DNA of 64,000 nt from an uncultured virus (IMG/VR IMGVR_UViG_3300044972_000796) (IMGVR_UViG_3300044972_000796), one strand, 5' to 3'. Shown: positions 1 to 7,482, counted from the first letter of the stretch. Translations and numbers: made by a program. Notes: generated by a model not told the origin, from the letters alone.

Positions 1-197
1 TTACACTTTTTCCGTTAAGAAAGTGGGTGGGGCAGTCACCATAGAGAGCGCCGGGTATTCAATGCTATGACCATTAGTTCTCTGAGTTAAGGGATACTAG
101 AACGCATTGGGTGAGGTTTAGCACCTTTCCAGAAGAACAAATGTTATGGACAGAGTAACAGCTCAGTCCGGGGCTCATGTGGTGTGAGTAGCCGGAC
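1..197 (+). ncRNA. candidate structured ncRNA (possibly 3' part, truncated by window edge)
   Basis: No ORF. Dense hairpins: CACTTT/AAAGTG, GGTGG/TCACC, CAATGC/GCATTG, GGTG/CACC, GTCCGG/CCGGAC. Lies just upstream of the tRNA array. Confidence 0.4.
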
Positions 198-295
198 ACT
201 TTATTAAAGTACATTCAGCTCGAACATAGTTTGGGTAGTAAGGACTGGCCACCATCCTCTGACGAAAAAGGCATGAGTGTATTCTAATAAAGTGT

Positions 296-369
296 GCGGG
301 ATTCGTAAAATGGCATTACCTTAGATTTCCAATCTAATGTCGGGAGTTCGATTCTCCCATCCCGCTCCA
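296..369 (+). tRNA. tRNA-Gly(TCC)
   Basis: Acceptor GCGGGAT/ATCCCGC, U73, encoded CCA; anticodon arm TTAGA-TTTCCAA-TCTAA; T loop GTTCGAT. Confidence 0.93.
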
Positions 370-379
370 CACAATTTTT

Positions 380-456
380 CGGAGTGTAGCGCAGTCTGGT
401 AGCGCACCTGGTTTGGGACCAGGGGGTCCAAGGTTCGAATCCTTGTACTCCGACCA
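380..456 (+). tRNA. tRNA-Pro(TGG)
   Basis: CGGAGTG/TACTCCG-A-CCA; anticodon arm CCTGG-TTTGGGA-CCAGG. Confidence 0.96.
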
Positions 457-461
457 TATTC

Positions 462-535
462 GGGGGTTTGATGTAATGGTAGCCTGGGACCTTTGCAAGG
501 TCTTCGTAAGAGTTCGATTCTCTTAACCTCCACCA
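462..535 (+). tRNA. tRNA-Ala(TGC)
   Basis: GGGGGTT/AACCTCC-A-CCA with the G3:U70 alanine determinant; loop TTTGCAA. Confidence 0.88.
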
Positions 536-541
536 AGTTGA

Positions 542-617
542 CGCAGAGTGTTAGAAGTGGTATCTGGCTAGGCTCATAACCTAGAGGTCGGTGGTTCGAA
601 TCCATCCTCTGCAACCA
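542..617 (+). tRNA. tRNA-Met(CAT), probably initiator fMet
   Basis: Anticodon arm CTAGG-CTCATAA-CCTAG; C1:A72 mismatch typical of initiator tRNA; ACCA end. Confidence 0.9.
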
Positions 618-632
618 AATAGGAAAACAAAA

Positions 633-1709
633 ATGGCCAACGAATTTTGTAGAAAACTAAGTAACTCTTTTCGGTTTCTTGAAAAAGATGGCAACATTGT
701 GTATCAACCATGCTGTTGGATTCTTCCAAGTAGCACGCCTATAGAACATAAAATACAACTAACTTCAGTTAGACGACAGTTTACAAAAAATGTACTTGCC
801 GATACTGAAAAAAACTGCCATGAATGCCTTGGACGCGAGCAAAACCAATATGGAGTCAGTCATAGACAAGTTGCCAAAACTTCTATACCAGAAGATGCAG
901 TGGACGGTGATATGTATCACATTGCGGTACAGATCGATTTAACATGTAATGCGGCATGTACAATCTGTGGGCCGCATTCTAGCAGTCTTTGGCAGAAACA
1001 AAATAACCCCAATGCTAAATTAAAAAATTATTCACTACAATATCAAAAATTAATATCTTTTACCAACTTTGATAAACTCACCCGTTTGGACTTTGTGGGT
1101 GGAGAACCATTACTAAGTGAACACAATGTAGATTTTTTGAAACGTGTAACTACTCCGTCAAATGTAGAAGTATTCTATAACACAAACGGTAGTATTTTGC
1201 CAGATTCTGAATTGATAGAATTATGGTCAACATTTAAACAGGTTGATCTTGCATTCAGCATAGATGGAATGAATCAGCAGTTTGATTACATACGTTGGCC
1301 GCTGAGTTGGAAAAAAGTAGAGCATAACATGCTACACTATGATAATATATTAAAAGACAAGCTGGGCTTTTACATACAGTTTACAGCTAATCCTATGAAT
1401 ATCTTTTATTTTAAAGAATTAGAAACCTGGCATTCAAAAAGATCATGGCCCAGTAGAAGCAATGAGTTTTCTGGATTGCAAGTTAGTCCATGCTTTGGTG
1501 TTTGGGGCATAGATGCTACTCCATTAAAGCTAAGACAGCATATAGAAGACAAGTTTGGAACCGACCATATCATAACTCGTTTGTTAAAATCTCATCCTGA
1601 AGTTCCGGGCAAGTTTCAAAAACTGGTTGAAAATATGGAAATGCTGGATCAAAAACGAAACATATCCTACAAGGATACTTTTGCAGAGGTTTTAAAAATT
1701 ATTGGCTAA
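633..1709 (+). CDS. radical SAM protein (N-terminal twitch/SPASM-like Cys cluster)
   Basis: CNAACTIC (CxxxCxxC), GGEP, YNTNG, SIDG motifs; ATG 633 follows AGGA, downstream of tRNA-Met. Confidence 0.85.
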   Translation: MANEFCRKLSNSFRFLEKDGNIVYQPCCWILPSSTPIEHKIQLTSVRRQFTKNVLADTEKNCHECLGREQNQYGVSHRQVAKTSIPEDAVDGDMYHIAVQIDLTCNAACTICGPHSSSLWQKQNNPNAKLKNYSLQYQKLISFTNFDKLTRLDFVGGEPLLSEHNVDFLKRVTTPSNVEVFYNTNGSILPDSELIELWSTFKQVDLAFSIDGMNQQFDYIRWPLSWKKVEHNMLHYDNILKDKLGFYIQFTANPMNIFYFKELETWHSKRSWPSRSNEFSGLQVSPCFGVWGIDATPLKLRQHIEDKFGTDHIITRLLKSHPEVPGKFQKLVENMEMLDQKRNISYKDTFAEVLKIIG

Positions 1710-1784
1710 CTCGCTGTAGTTCAATGGATAGAATAAGGGTTTCCTAAACCTTTGATCCTGGTTCGATTCCGGGTGGCGAGGCCA
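1710..1784 (+). tRNA. tRNA-Arg(CCT)
   Basis: CTCGCTG/TGGCGAG-G-CCA; anticodon arm AGGGT-TTCCTAA-ACCTT. Confidence 0.92.
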
Positions 1785-1791
1785 AAAAGCA

Positions 1792-1820
1792 TTGACATCA
1801 CAACCCAAACACAGTATAAT
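1792..1820 (+). promoter_or_regulatory. sigma70-type early promoter
   Basis: TTGACA-17 nt-TATAAT, perfect consensus. Confidence 0.9.
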
Positions 1821-1840
1821 AACATTTTAATGAGGCATAT

Positions 1841-2071
1841 ATGAGTAAACTAATCGGACTTAGTCGCGGCACTGAAATTGACACCAATCAATGTGTTGAC
1901 CTATCAGGCGGCAACAGATTTAATCTCGTGCTGATTGCGGCAGCAAGAGCACGTGAGATCAAACGCCAACATCGTGAAAGCGACAAGCGTGAACATGTGT
2001 ATTCTAATCTAACTGCACTGCTGGAAATCCAAAGTGGCAAAGTTGGTGCAGAATATTTGAAACGAGTTTGA
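1841..2071 (+). CDS. rpoZ: RNA polymerase omega subunit homologue
   Basis: 76 aa; NRFNLVLIAAARAREI and TALLEIQSGKV match the omega family pattern (NRFxLVxxAAxRAR ... ALxEIxxG). Confidence 0.8.
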   Translation: MSKLIGLSRGTEIDTNQCVDLSGGNRFNLVLIAAARAREIKRQHRESDKREHVYSNLTALLEIQSGKVGAEYLKRV

Positions 2072-2080
2072 TGAGAATAT

Positions 2081-2155
2081 GGGACGTTAGTTCAGAGGTA
2101 GAACTCCATCCTTACACGGTGGCTGTCGGCGGTTCGATCCCGTCACGTCCTACCA
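2081..2155 (+). tRNA. tRNA-Val(TAC)
   Basis: GGGACGT/ACGTCCT-A-CCA; anticodon arm CCATC-CTTACAC-GGTGG. Confidence 0.93.
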
Positions 2156-2164
2156 TTTTATAGT

Positions 2165-2767
2165 ATGAAATACACTATTATTGAAGATTGTAGTCCGTAT
2201 TATATTAGATTTACCCACGATGGTATCGATGATATAATTGACTATTGCAACAAATGTACTCCTGAGATTGCAAATTTAAATAAATTTACAAATTACATTC
2301 TACTAAAGCATCAAGCACAACACATGTTGTCTTTGATTCCTATGGCAGATAGAATAAAATTGATAAAAAATAGAATATCATTGTTTATTAGCAAACCTGG
2401 ATTATATTACAGAGCACATAAAGACGGAATGAACAACAAATTCAGTATCAACTACGTTAGTAGAGTATTAGATGATAAGTGTATTACTAATTGGTATAGT
2501 GATGAAGATCTAAAAGAGTATGCAATAGATAACCTACGCACCAATACATCCAGAGAATGCGATGGTTTCGTAAAAGAAAATCATACACCATTAAAAAGTA
2601 TGATAGCAAAACAAGGCGAGTGTATATTATTTAATACAGAGATATTCCATGATTGGGATAACACTGGCTCAAATAACGAACGAGTAGTACTAACACTACG
2701 TATTATTCCAGAATTAAAACCTCATACATATTTTGAGGATGCAAGAAAAATGTTGTTTAATTATTAA
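2165..2767 (+). CDS. 2OG-Fe(II) oxygenase-like (DSBH) protein
   Basis: HKD ... FNTEIFH ... R-VVLTLR facial-triad pattern. Confidence 0.6.
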   Translation: MKYTIIEDCSPYYIRFTHDGIDDIIDYCNKCTPEIANLNKFTNYILLKHQAQHMLSLIPMADRIKLIKNRISLFISKPGLYYRAHKDGMNNKFSINYVSRVLDDKCITNWYSDEDLKEYAIDNLRTNTSRECDGFVKENHTPLKSMIAKQGECILFNTEIFHDWDNTGSNNERVVLTLRIIPELKPHTYFEDARKMLFNY

Positions 2768-2775
2768 AATAACAT

Positions 2776-2853
2776 GCAACGGTGGCAGAGCGGCCCAATG
2801 CACGGGATTGCAAATCCCGAAGACCGTGAGTTCAAATCTCACCCGTTGCTCCA
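2776..2853 (+). tRNA. tRNA-Cys(GCA)
   Basis: GCAACGG/CCGTTGC-T-CCA (U73); anticodon arm CGGGA-TTGCAAA-TCCCG. Confidence 0.94.
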
Positions 2854-2913
2854 GCTATGTGCTAGTTCATTCTAACTAGATGGTGGAATCGTCACTAACC
2901 AGTGGCCCTTATT

Positions 2914-3044
2914 AGGATACTAACAGCAACTTTTAACATGGAAAAACTTTTGGTCGTGAGTTCGAATCTCACTTTCCGATCAAGCCTAAAAAGCAGTCGG
3001 TTGTAGCTCAGTGGTAGAGCAAAAGTCGTTAAAAATGTATCCTG
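2914..3044 (+). ncRNA. Y RNA-like (YrlA-type) ncRNA with circularly permuted tRNA-like domain; array unit 1
   Basis: Closing stem AGGATAC/GTATCCT plus ACAGCAA. T arm (2956-2972) precedes D arm (3006-3020). Acceptor stem is closed by a linker loop. Upstream of a Ro60-like gene. Confidence 0.75.
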
Positions 3045-3059
3045 TTTCACCAAAATGTA

Positions 3060-3088
3060 TAGACAACACATGTTGTTTGTACTATAAT
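3060..3088 (+). promoter_or_regulatory. sigma70-type promoter inside the RNA array
   Basis: TAGACA-17 nt-TATAAT. Confidence 0.75.
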
Positions 3089-3123
3089 AGTCGTATAGCA
3101 AGTAACATTGTTAAGAAAGTTTT

Positions 3124-3279
3124 AGGATCGGTACAGCAACTTCATATTACATGGACTGCTAATCTTATGCTAATAGCTGGAGCCTTAATTGGCTTTGAAG
3201 GTTATTAGCAATAGTAGGATTAGATAGAGGAGTTTCGATAAGTCTCCTCGATAAAAACAAAAAGTAGAAAACGATCCTG
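3124..3279 (+). ncRNA. structured RNA array unit 2
   Basis: AGGATCG/CGATCCT closing stem plus ACAGCAA; internal hairpins TAATCTTATGCTAATAGC/GTTATTAGCA..TAGGATTA and GAGGAG/CTCCTC. Confidence 0.65.
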
Positions 3280-3287
3280 TTATATTT

Positions 3288-3516
3288 GGATGACTACAGC
3301 AATTTAAAAACTACTAACGTAACTGCTATTGAAAGTGGTTGAAGAACAGGCAGAAATGCTTTCTAGAAATAGACGCTCAAGGAATAGATAGGCCGGCAAA
3401 GCCCGGATATGATTTACATACAGAAAAACATGTAATAGGCAACATGAATGTTGATAGGGTCTGAGTGCCGTAATTGGTCAGACCAGAATACTAAACAAAT
3501 TGGCACGATCATCCTG
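3288..3516 (+). ncRNA. structured RNA array unit 3
   Basis: GGATGA/TCATCC closing stem plus ACAGCAA; internal hairpins GGTCTGA/TCAGACC, CATGT/ACATG, CCGG/CCGG. Confidence 0.6.
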
Positions 3517-3526
3517 TTAAAGTTTT

Positions 3527-3581
3527 AGAATGTTAACAGCAACTTTAAATTTCACTATAATCGAAAATAAAATACATTCTG
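3527..3581 (+). ncRNA. structured RNA array unit 4 (minimal), adjacent to the DUF2828 RBS
   Basis: AGAATGT/ACATTCT closing stem plus ACAGCAA. Confidence 0.6.
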
Positions 3582-3597
3582 TAAAGGTAAAAAGAAA

Positions 3598-5010
3598 ATG
3601 AACGCATTTGTAACAGCAGTAGCAAATCAAGAAGCCCGTACCGAAAATGGTATGAAGGCACGTAAGTCAACAGCTTCGGCTTGTGTTGACTTGTTCTACA
3701 AGATCGGCGCAAGCCGTGGTAAGAACATCACAGGCGACTTCACAGCCGCTTATGTAGAAAACTCTGACGTAGCACTACGCATTGCACAATGGGCACGTGA
3801 TGTCCGTGGCGGTGCTGGTGAACGTCAATTGTTCCGAGATATTCTAGTACATCTAGAAAAGCGTGACCCAGACGCCGCTTTGGCTCTTCTAAAGAAGATT
3901 CCAGAAGTAGGTCGTTGGGATGACATCTTTGTCTTCTCAAACCCAGTTCTGAAGTCAGCCGCTTATACCATGTTGGGCGATGCCCTTCGTGCGCAAAACG
4001 GATTGGCTGCAAAGTGGACTCCTCGTAAGGGTAAGATTGCGGCTGAAGTACGAGCATTCTTCGGAATGACTCCGAAGCAGTACCGCAAGTCATTGGTAAC
4101 AATGACCACAGTTGTTGAAACCCAAATGTGTGCAGGAGATTGGGATAACATCAATTTCAGTCACGTTCCTTCTGTGGCTGCTCGCAACTACAAGAAGGCA
4201 TTCGGCCGTCACACTCCTGCATTTGCAGAGTATGTTGCCAAGTTGGTAAGTGGTGATAAGACTGTTAAGGTTAACGCCAGCGCAATCTTCCCACATGACG
4301 TGTTAAAGGGAGTCATCGGTAGCTACCGTGCTAAGTTGGATAAGACAGAAACTGACCACATTGTGGCACAGTGGAATGCTTTGCCAAACTACGTTGGAGA
4401 TGCAAGCATCATGCCAATTGTAGACGTTAGCGGTTCTATGTCCTGCCCAGCAGGCAAGAACACTAATGTGACTTGCATGGATGTTTCAATTAGCTTGGGC
4501 TTGTACCTAGCAGATAAGAACAAGGGCGTGTTCAAGGACACTTTCTTGACTTTCTCAGACAAGCCACAACTTGTTACTCTAAAGGGTAACATTGTTGACA
4601 AGGTTGCTCAAATGAGCAAGAGTGATTGGGAAATGAGCACTAATTTGCATGCCGCTATGGACAAGATCTTGAGCGTTGCAGTTAAGGGTTCAGTACCAGC
4701 AGGCGACATGCCAGCCATGTTGCTAATCTTGTCAGACATGCAGTTTAACCAATGTGCTCGTTACGACGACACATCAATGCAAATGATCGAACGCAAGTTC
4801 ACAGATGCAGGTTACACTGTGCCACAGATTGTTTTCTGGAACCTAAACAGTTCAGACAACGTGCCTGTTAAGGCTGACAAGAGTGGTGCCGCATTGGTAA
4901 GTGGATTTAGCCCAAGTATAATGACTAGCTTGCTAGCCGCTGATTTGGATCAGTTCACTCCAGAAGGCATCATGCTTAAGACTGTAATGAGTGATCGTTA
5001 CGCTTTGTAA
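3598..5010 (+). CDS. DUF2828 family protein (Ro60/TROVE-like helical domain + vWA domain)
   Basis: RTENG, ARDVRGGAGER, GRWDD, LAAKWTPR, VPSVA, vWA MIDAS DVSGSM, ILSDMQF, IVFWNL, LVSGFSP motifs. Confidence 0.85.
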   Translation: MNAFVTAVANQEARTENGMKARKSTASACVDLFYKIGASRGKNITGDFTAAYVENSDVALRIAQWARDVRGGAGERQLFRDILVHLEKRDPDAALALLKKIPEVGRWDDIFVFSNPVLKSAAYTMLGDALRAQNGLAAKWTPRKGKIAAEVRAFFGMTPKQYRKSLVTMTTVVETQMCAGDWDNINFSHVPSVAARNYKKAFGRHTPAFAEYVAKLVSGDKTVKVNASAIFPHDVLKGVIGSYRAKLDKTETDHIVAQWNALPNYVGDASIMPIVDVSGSMSCPAGKNTNVTCMDVSISLGLYLADKNKGVFKDTFLTFSDKPQLVTLKGNIVDKVAQMSKSDWEMSTNLHAAMDKILSVAVKGSVPAGDMPAMLLILSDMQFNQCARYDDTSMQMIERKFTDAGYTVPQIVFWNLNSSDNVPVKADKSGAALVSGFSPSIMTSLLAADLDQFTPEGIMLKTVMSDRYAL

Positions 5011-5026
5011 AAAACAATGTTTTTGG

Positions 5027-5052
5027 ATAGCACCTTCGGGTGCTATTTTTTT
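5027..5052 (+). terminator. rho-independent terminator
   Basis: ATAGCACC-TTCG-GGTGCTAT followed by a T run. Confidence 0.9.
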
Positions 5053-5065
5053 GAAGCTATCGTTA

Positions 5066-5785
5066 TCATAAGGTAGCAAGCACCCACTCGGCAACTCTCT
5101 TATTCCATTCCGGGCCAGGGTTTACTCCGTCTCTGCCTTTATCACCACTTTCTATCCCATCCGGATAAATGCTTATTGGAATACTAATAAGTCTAACGGC
5201 ATTTGCTTTACATATTTGATCTACAAAATGAGCATTCAGTTCTGCGTTATGAGAATTAGAAGTGTTGTCTAATAACATCCAAAATTCTGGAAACGGCGGC
5301 GTGCCGTTTGTGTTTACTGACTGTTTATAATTGTCTAGAAACACTTCACGTCTTGAAACATAAGGCCAACCAACCAACACCATTACAGTGTTTGCTCTTT
5401 CCTTGAAATAAGGAACAGTACAGCTTACCATTCTTGCTATAGTGTCAGCTGAGGCACCAGGAATTCCAAAATTTAATACTGAGATTCCAGTATGTTGTTC
5501 TATTAATTTTGAATAAGTTTGTTCCAGCTGGATTGCAAGACCCATGGTGGAACTCATACCAAATGATAATATCACAGTGTCATATCGATCTTTGTATTCT
5601 GCGTCTCTATAACCGAGAGAATTAAACTGATAACTTATTTTAGGATCATGATACTTTTCATCTTTAGCAGTATCCTTAGAGCGAGGCCAGAGATCGCCGA
5701 GAAACAACAATATAGAATTAGTATGATGTTCGAATATAGGAAGAGTACGCCAACTTGGAGGAACGTGTGGGTGAAAGTATGTCAT
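5066..5785 (-). CDS. SGNH/GDSL hydrolase-like protein
   Basis: FNSLGYRD, FGMSSTMG, NFGIPGAS, DGVNPG blocks; the catalytic His appears replaced by Asn. Confidence 0.55.
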   Translation of the reverse strand: MTYFHPHVPPSWRTLPIFEHHTNSILLFLGDLWPRSKDTAKDEKYHDPKISYQFNSLGYRDAEYKDRYDTVILSFGMSSTMGLAIQLEQTYSKLIEQHTGISVLNFGIPGASADTIARMVSCTVPYFKERANTVMVLVGWPYVSRREVFLDNYKQSVNTNGTPPFPEFWMLLDNTSNSHNAELNAHFVDQICKANAVRLISIPISIYPDGIESGDKGRDGVNPGPEWNKRVAEWVLATL

Positions 5786-5840
5786 GGTTGATTATTTATT
5801 AATCAAAATTATTGTTGTTAAAATACAACACATTTGTCTA

Positions 5841-5869
5841 TTGACATCATAGTCAAAAGGCAGTATAAT
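5841..5869 (+). promoter_or_regulatory. sigma70-type early promoter (predicts a leaderless mRNA)
   Basis: TTGACA-17-TATAAT; ATG 7 nt downstream. Confidence 0.88.
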
Positions 5870-5875
5870 TAACAT

Positions 5876-6433
5876 ATGAAACAACACGTACAAGCTATTC
5901 GAGAAGTTTTTGAGCAACTGGGTTTTGATTGGGTTGAGCCTTATCAAACTACAGAAGGTGCAATTAATCGCCAAGAGGTAGGTAATCATCGTGGCTTGTA
6001 TTACATTTATCCAGAGGTAAATTTTTACTTTGGTAAGGCTGCAACAAATACTGTTATTAATCGTCACCAAACACATCGTCCAAAATTAGATGTGAACTTG
6101 GCTTGCTTGTACAGTACACCAGTTGAAAAAGTGGAACCCAAATGGCAGTTCCCAGAAGGATGGAAAGAAGGTGTATGCAAATACATCATCGAAGACGTGG
6201 AAGAAATTCCAAGTCATTATGTTAAAATTGGAAAGAAACGTGTAGCACCTGGTGTGCTGGACTTCCCAGTTAAACACAAAGTTGATGTAGATACATTAAC
6301 TGTGCTGGTTTGGAATTTGGATCACATGTCCGCAGAACAAATTAGTTCGATTGAAGAGGCCATAATTCCGGTGATTTGGCCTTATTGTAATAATGAGACG
6401 TATAGAAAAAGAAAGAAAGAATGTATAAAGTAA
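5876..6433 (+). CDS. GIY-YIG-like nuclease / hypothetical protein
   Basis: GLYYIY...FYFGKA...NRH, a late E and a C-terminal N resemble GIY-YIG. Confidence 0.5.
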   Translation: MKQHVQAIREVFEQLGFDWVEPYQTTEGAINRQEVGNHRGLYYIYPEVNFYFGKAATNTVINRHQTHRPKLDVNLACLYSTPVEKVEPKWQFPEGWKEGVCKYIIEDVEEIPSHYVKIGKKRVAPGVLDFPVKHKVDVDTLTVLVWNLDHMSAEQISSIEEAIIPVIWPYCNNETYRKRKKECIK

Positions 6434-6648
6434 TAGGAAAAGAAGAAACATTCCGAGTTCTTACACTTGCCGAAGCAATGAATGTTGCTAAGAGCATGAA
6501 CGAATTTGTTAGGATCGTTGGAAAAGATTTTGAAGTATGCGGTATCTTTGGTGTTGACGCTGTTAAGGATGGACTATGTCCGGATGGTGTTGCATACACT
6601 TGGAACAAGGCAAGCCGAATTGGTCGTGTTAAAAAGGAGAGAACATAA
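6421..6648 (+). CDS. hypothetical protein
   Basis: ORF in operon; stop overlaps next start. Confidence 0.7.
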   Translation: MYKVIGKEETFRVLTLAEAMNVAKSMNEFVRIVGKDFEVCGIFGVDAVKDGLCPDGVAYTWNKASRIGRVKKERT

Positions 6649-7124
6649 TGCCGTGGATTGAAAATGTAGCAGCCGCTGATATTCCTATTGGATTTCACCA
6701 TGCGGCTGGAGAGAATAGCATGTTGATCAGCATTACTGATCCAGCAAGTTGGAGGCCAACTGCAAAACACGAATTCAAAGAACGTCATGACTTTGAGTTC
6801 TTGGATATTGAAGAAAAGGACTTTGCACTTGATGAAGCTATGCGTTGTAGTCACGAGCAAGCCGCTGAACTTGTCCGTTTGTTGCAACATGCTCTTGACA
6901 ATCATATGAATGTTGTAGTACACTGTTTTGCAGGCATATGCCGTAGTGGTGCAGTTTGTGAAGTTGGTGTGGCAATGGGATTTGATGACACAGAAAGATT
7001 TCGTGCTCCTAACTTGCTGGTCAAGCATCGTATGATGAAAGCATTGGGTTGGACATACGATGCAGATGAAAAGCCAGTGCCACTAGCAGGTGACGAGTTT
7101 ATGCGACAAGATGGAGATATCTAA
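6648..7124 (+). CDS. cysteine-based (PTP/dual-specificity) phosphatase
   Basis: VVVHCFAGICRS = HCxxGxxRS. Confidence 0.8.
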   Translation: MPWIENVAAADIPIGFHHAAGENSMLISITDPASWRPTAKHEFKERHDFEFLDIEEKDFALDEAMRCSHEQAAELVRLLQHALDNHMNVVVHCFAGICRSGAVCEVGVAMGFDDTERFRAPNLLVKHRMMKALGWTYDADEKPVPLAGDEFMRQDGDI

Positions 7125-7315
7125 TGCATTTGAGCAAAGAAGAAGTATTGAAAATTTTGGAAGTTATGGAAAAGTTTCCGGAAGCAGGATGTTTTGAATT
7201 AAAGCAAGACAGTGATTCTGGAATTGGATCCATAACTACACTAATGGTCTTCACAGAGATAAACGGCTATGAAGGTAAATTTACAATTGAAATTTCTGGA
7301 ATTGAGAATTGGTAA
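7124..7315 (+). CDS. hypothetical protein
   Basis: GGAG RBS, TAATG coupling. Confidence 0.7.
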   Translation: MHLSKEEVLKILEVMEKFPEAGCFELKQDSDSGIGSITTLMVFTEINGYEGKFTIEISGIENW

Positions 7316-7482
7316 TGAAAATTAAATTTGATAAAAACACAATGCCCGATGCACTGTATAATGCACTGTTGCAACACTTTGTAAATGAAGCAGTTGGCCT
7401 TGGCGTAGAAGTAAACAAGTTTACTCAGTTTAACAACTGGGTGGTCGAGTGCGAATGTGATGCTAAGGAAGCGGTACACTGA
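7315..7482 (+). CDS. hypothetical protein (55 aa, not in ORF track)
   Basis: MKIKFDKNTMPDALY...; TAATG and TGATG coupling at both ends. Confidence 0.65.
   Translation: MKIKFDKNTMPDALYNALLQHFVNEAVGLGVEVNKFTQFNNWVVECECDAKEAVH

Noticed and set aside
255..275. CTGACGA...GAAA hammerhead-like core
   Set aside because: There is no stem II between CUGANGA and GAAA and no properly placed cleavage triplet.
462..535. Reading this tRNA as Cys(GCA), or 296-369 as Trp(CCA)
   Set aside because: The 7-nt loop register gives TGC and TCC, and the G3:U70 and U73 determinants agree with Ala and Gly.
321..614. 97-aa minus-strand ORF
   Set aside because: Antisense shadow of four tRNA genes.
2854..2910. Two small hairpins between tRNA-Cys and array unit 1
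   Set aside because: CTAGTT/AACTAG and GGTGG/TCACT are too short to support a call without homologues.
2895..3208. ORFs 2895-3101(-) and 3011-3208(+)
   Set aside because: They overlap the structured RNA array and a promoter, with no RBS or protein features.
2914..3581. Array interpreted as CRISPR or tmRNA
   Set aside because: The repeats are short covarying stems with widely varying unit lengths and no cas genes. There is no G3:U70 alanyl acceptor with CCA and no tag ORF.
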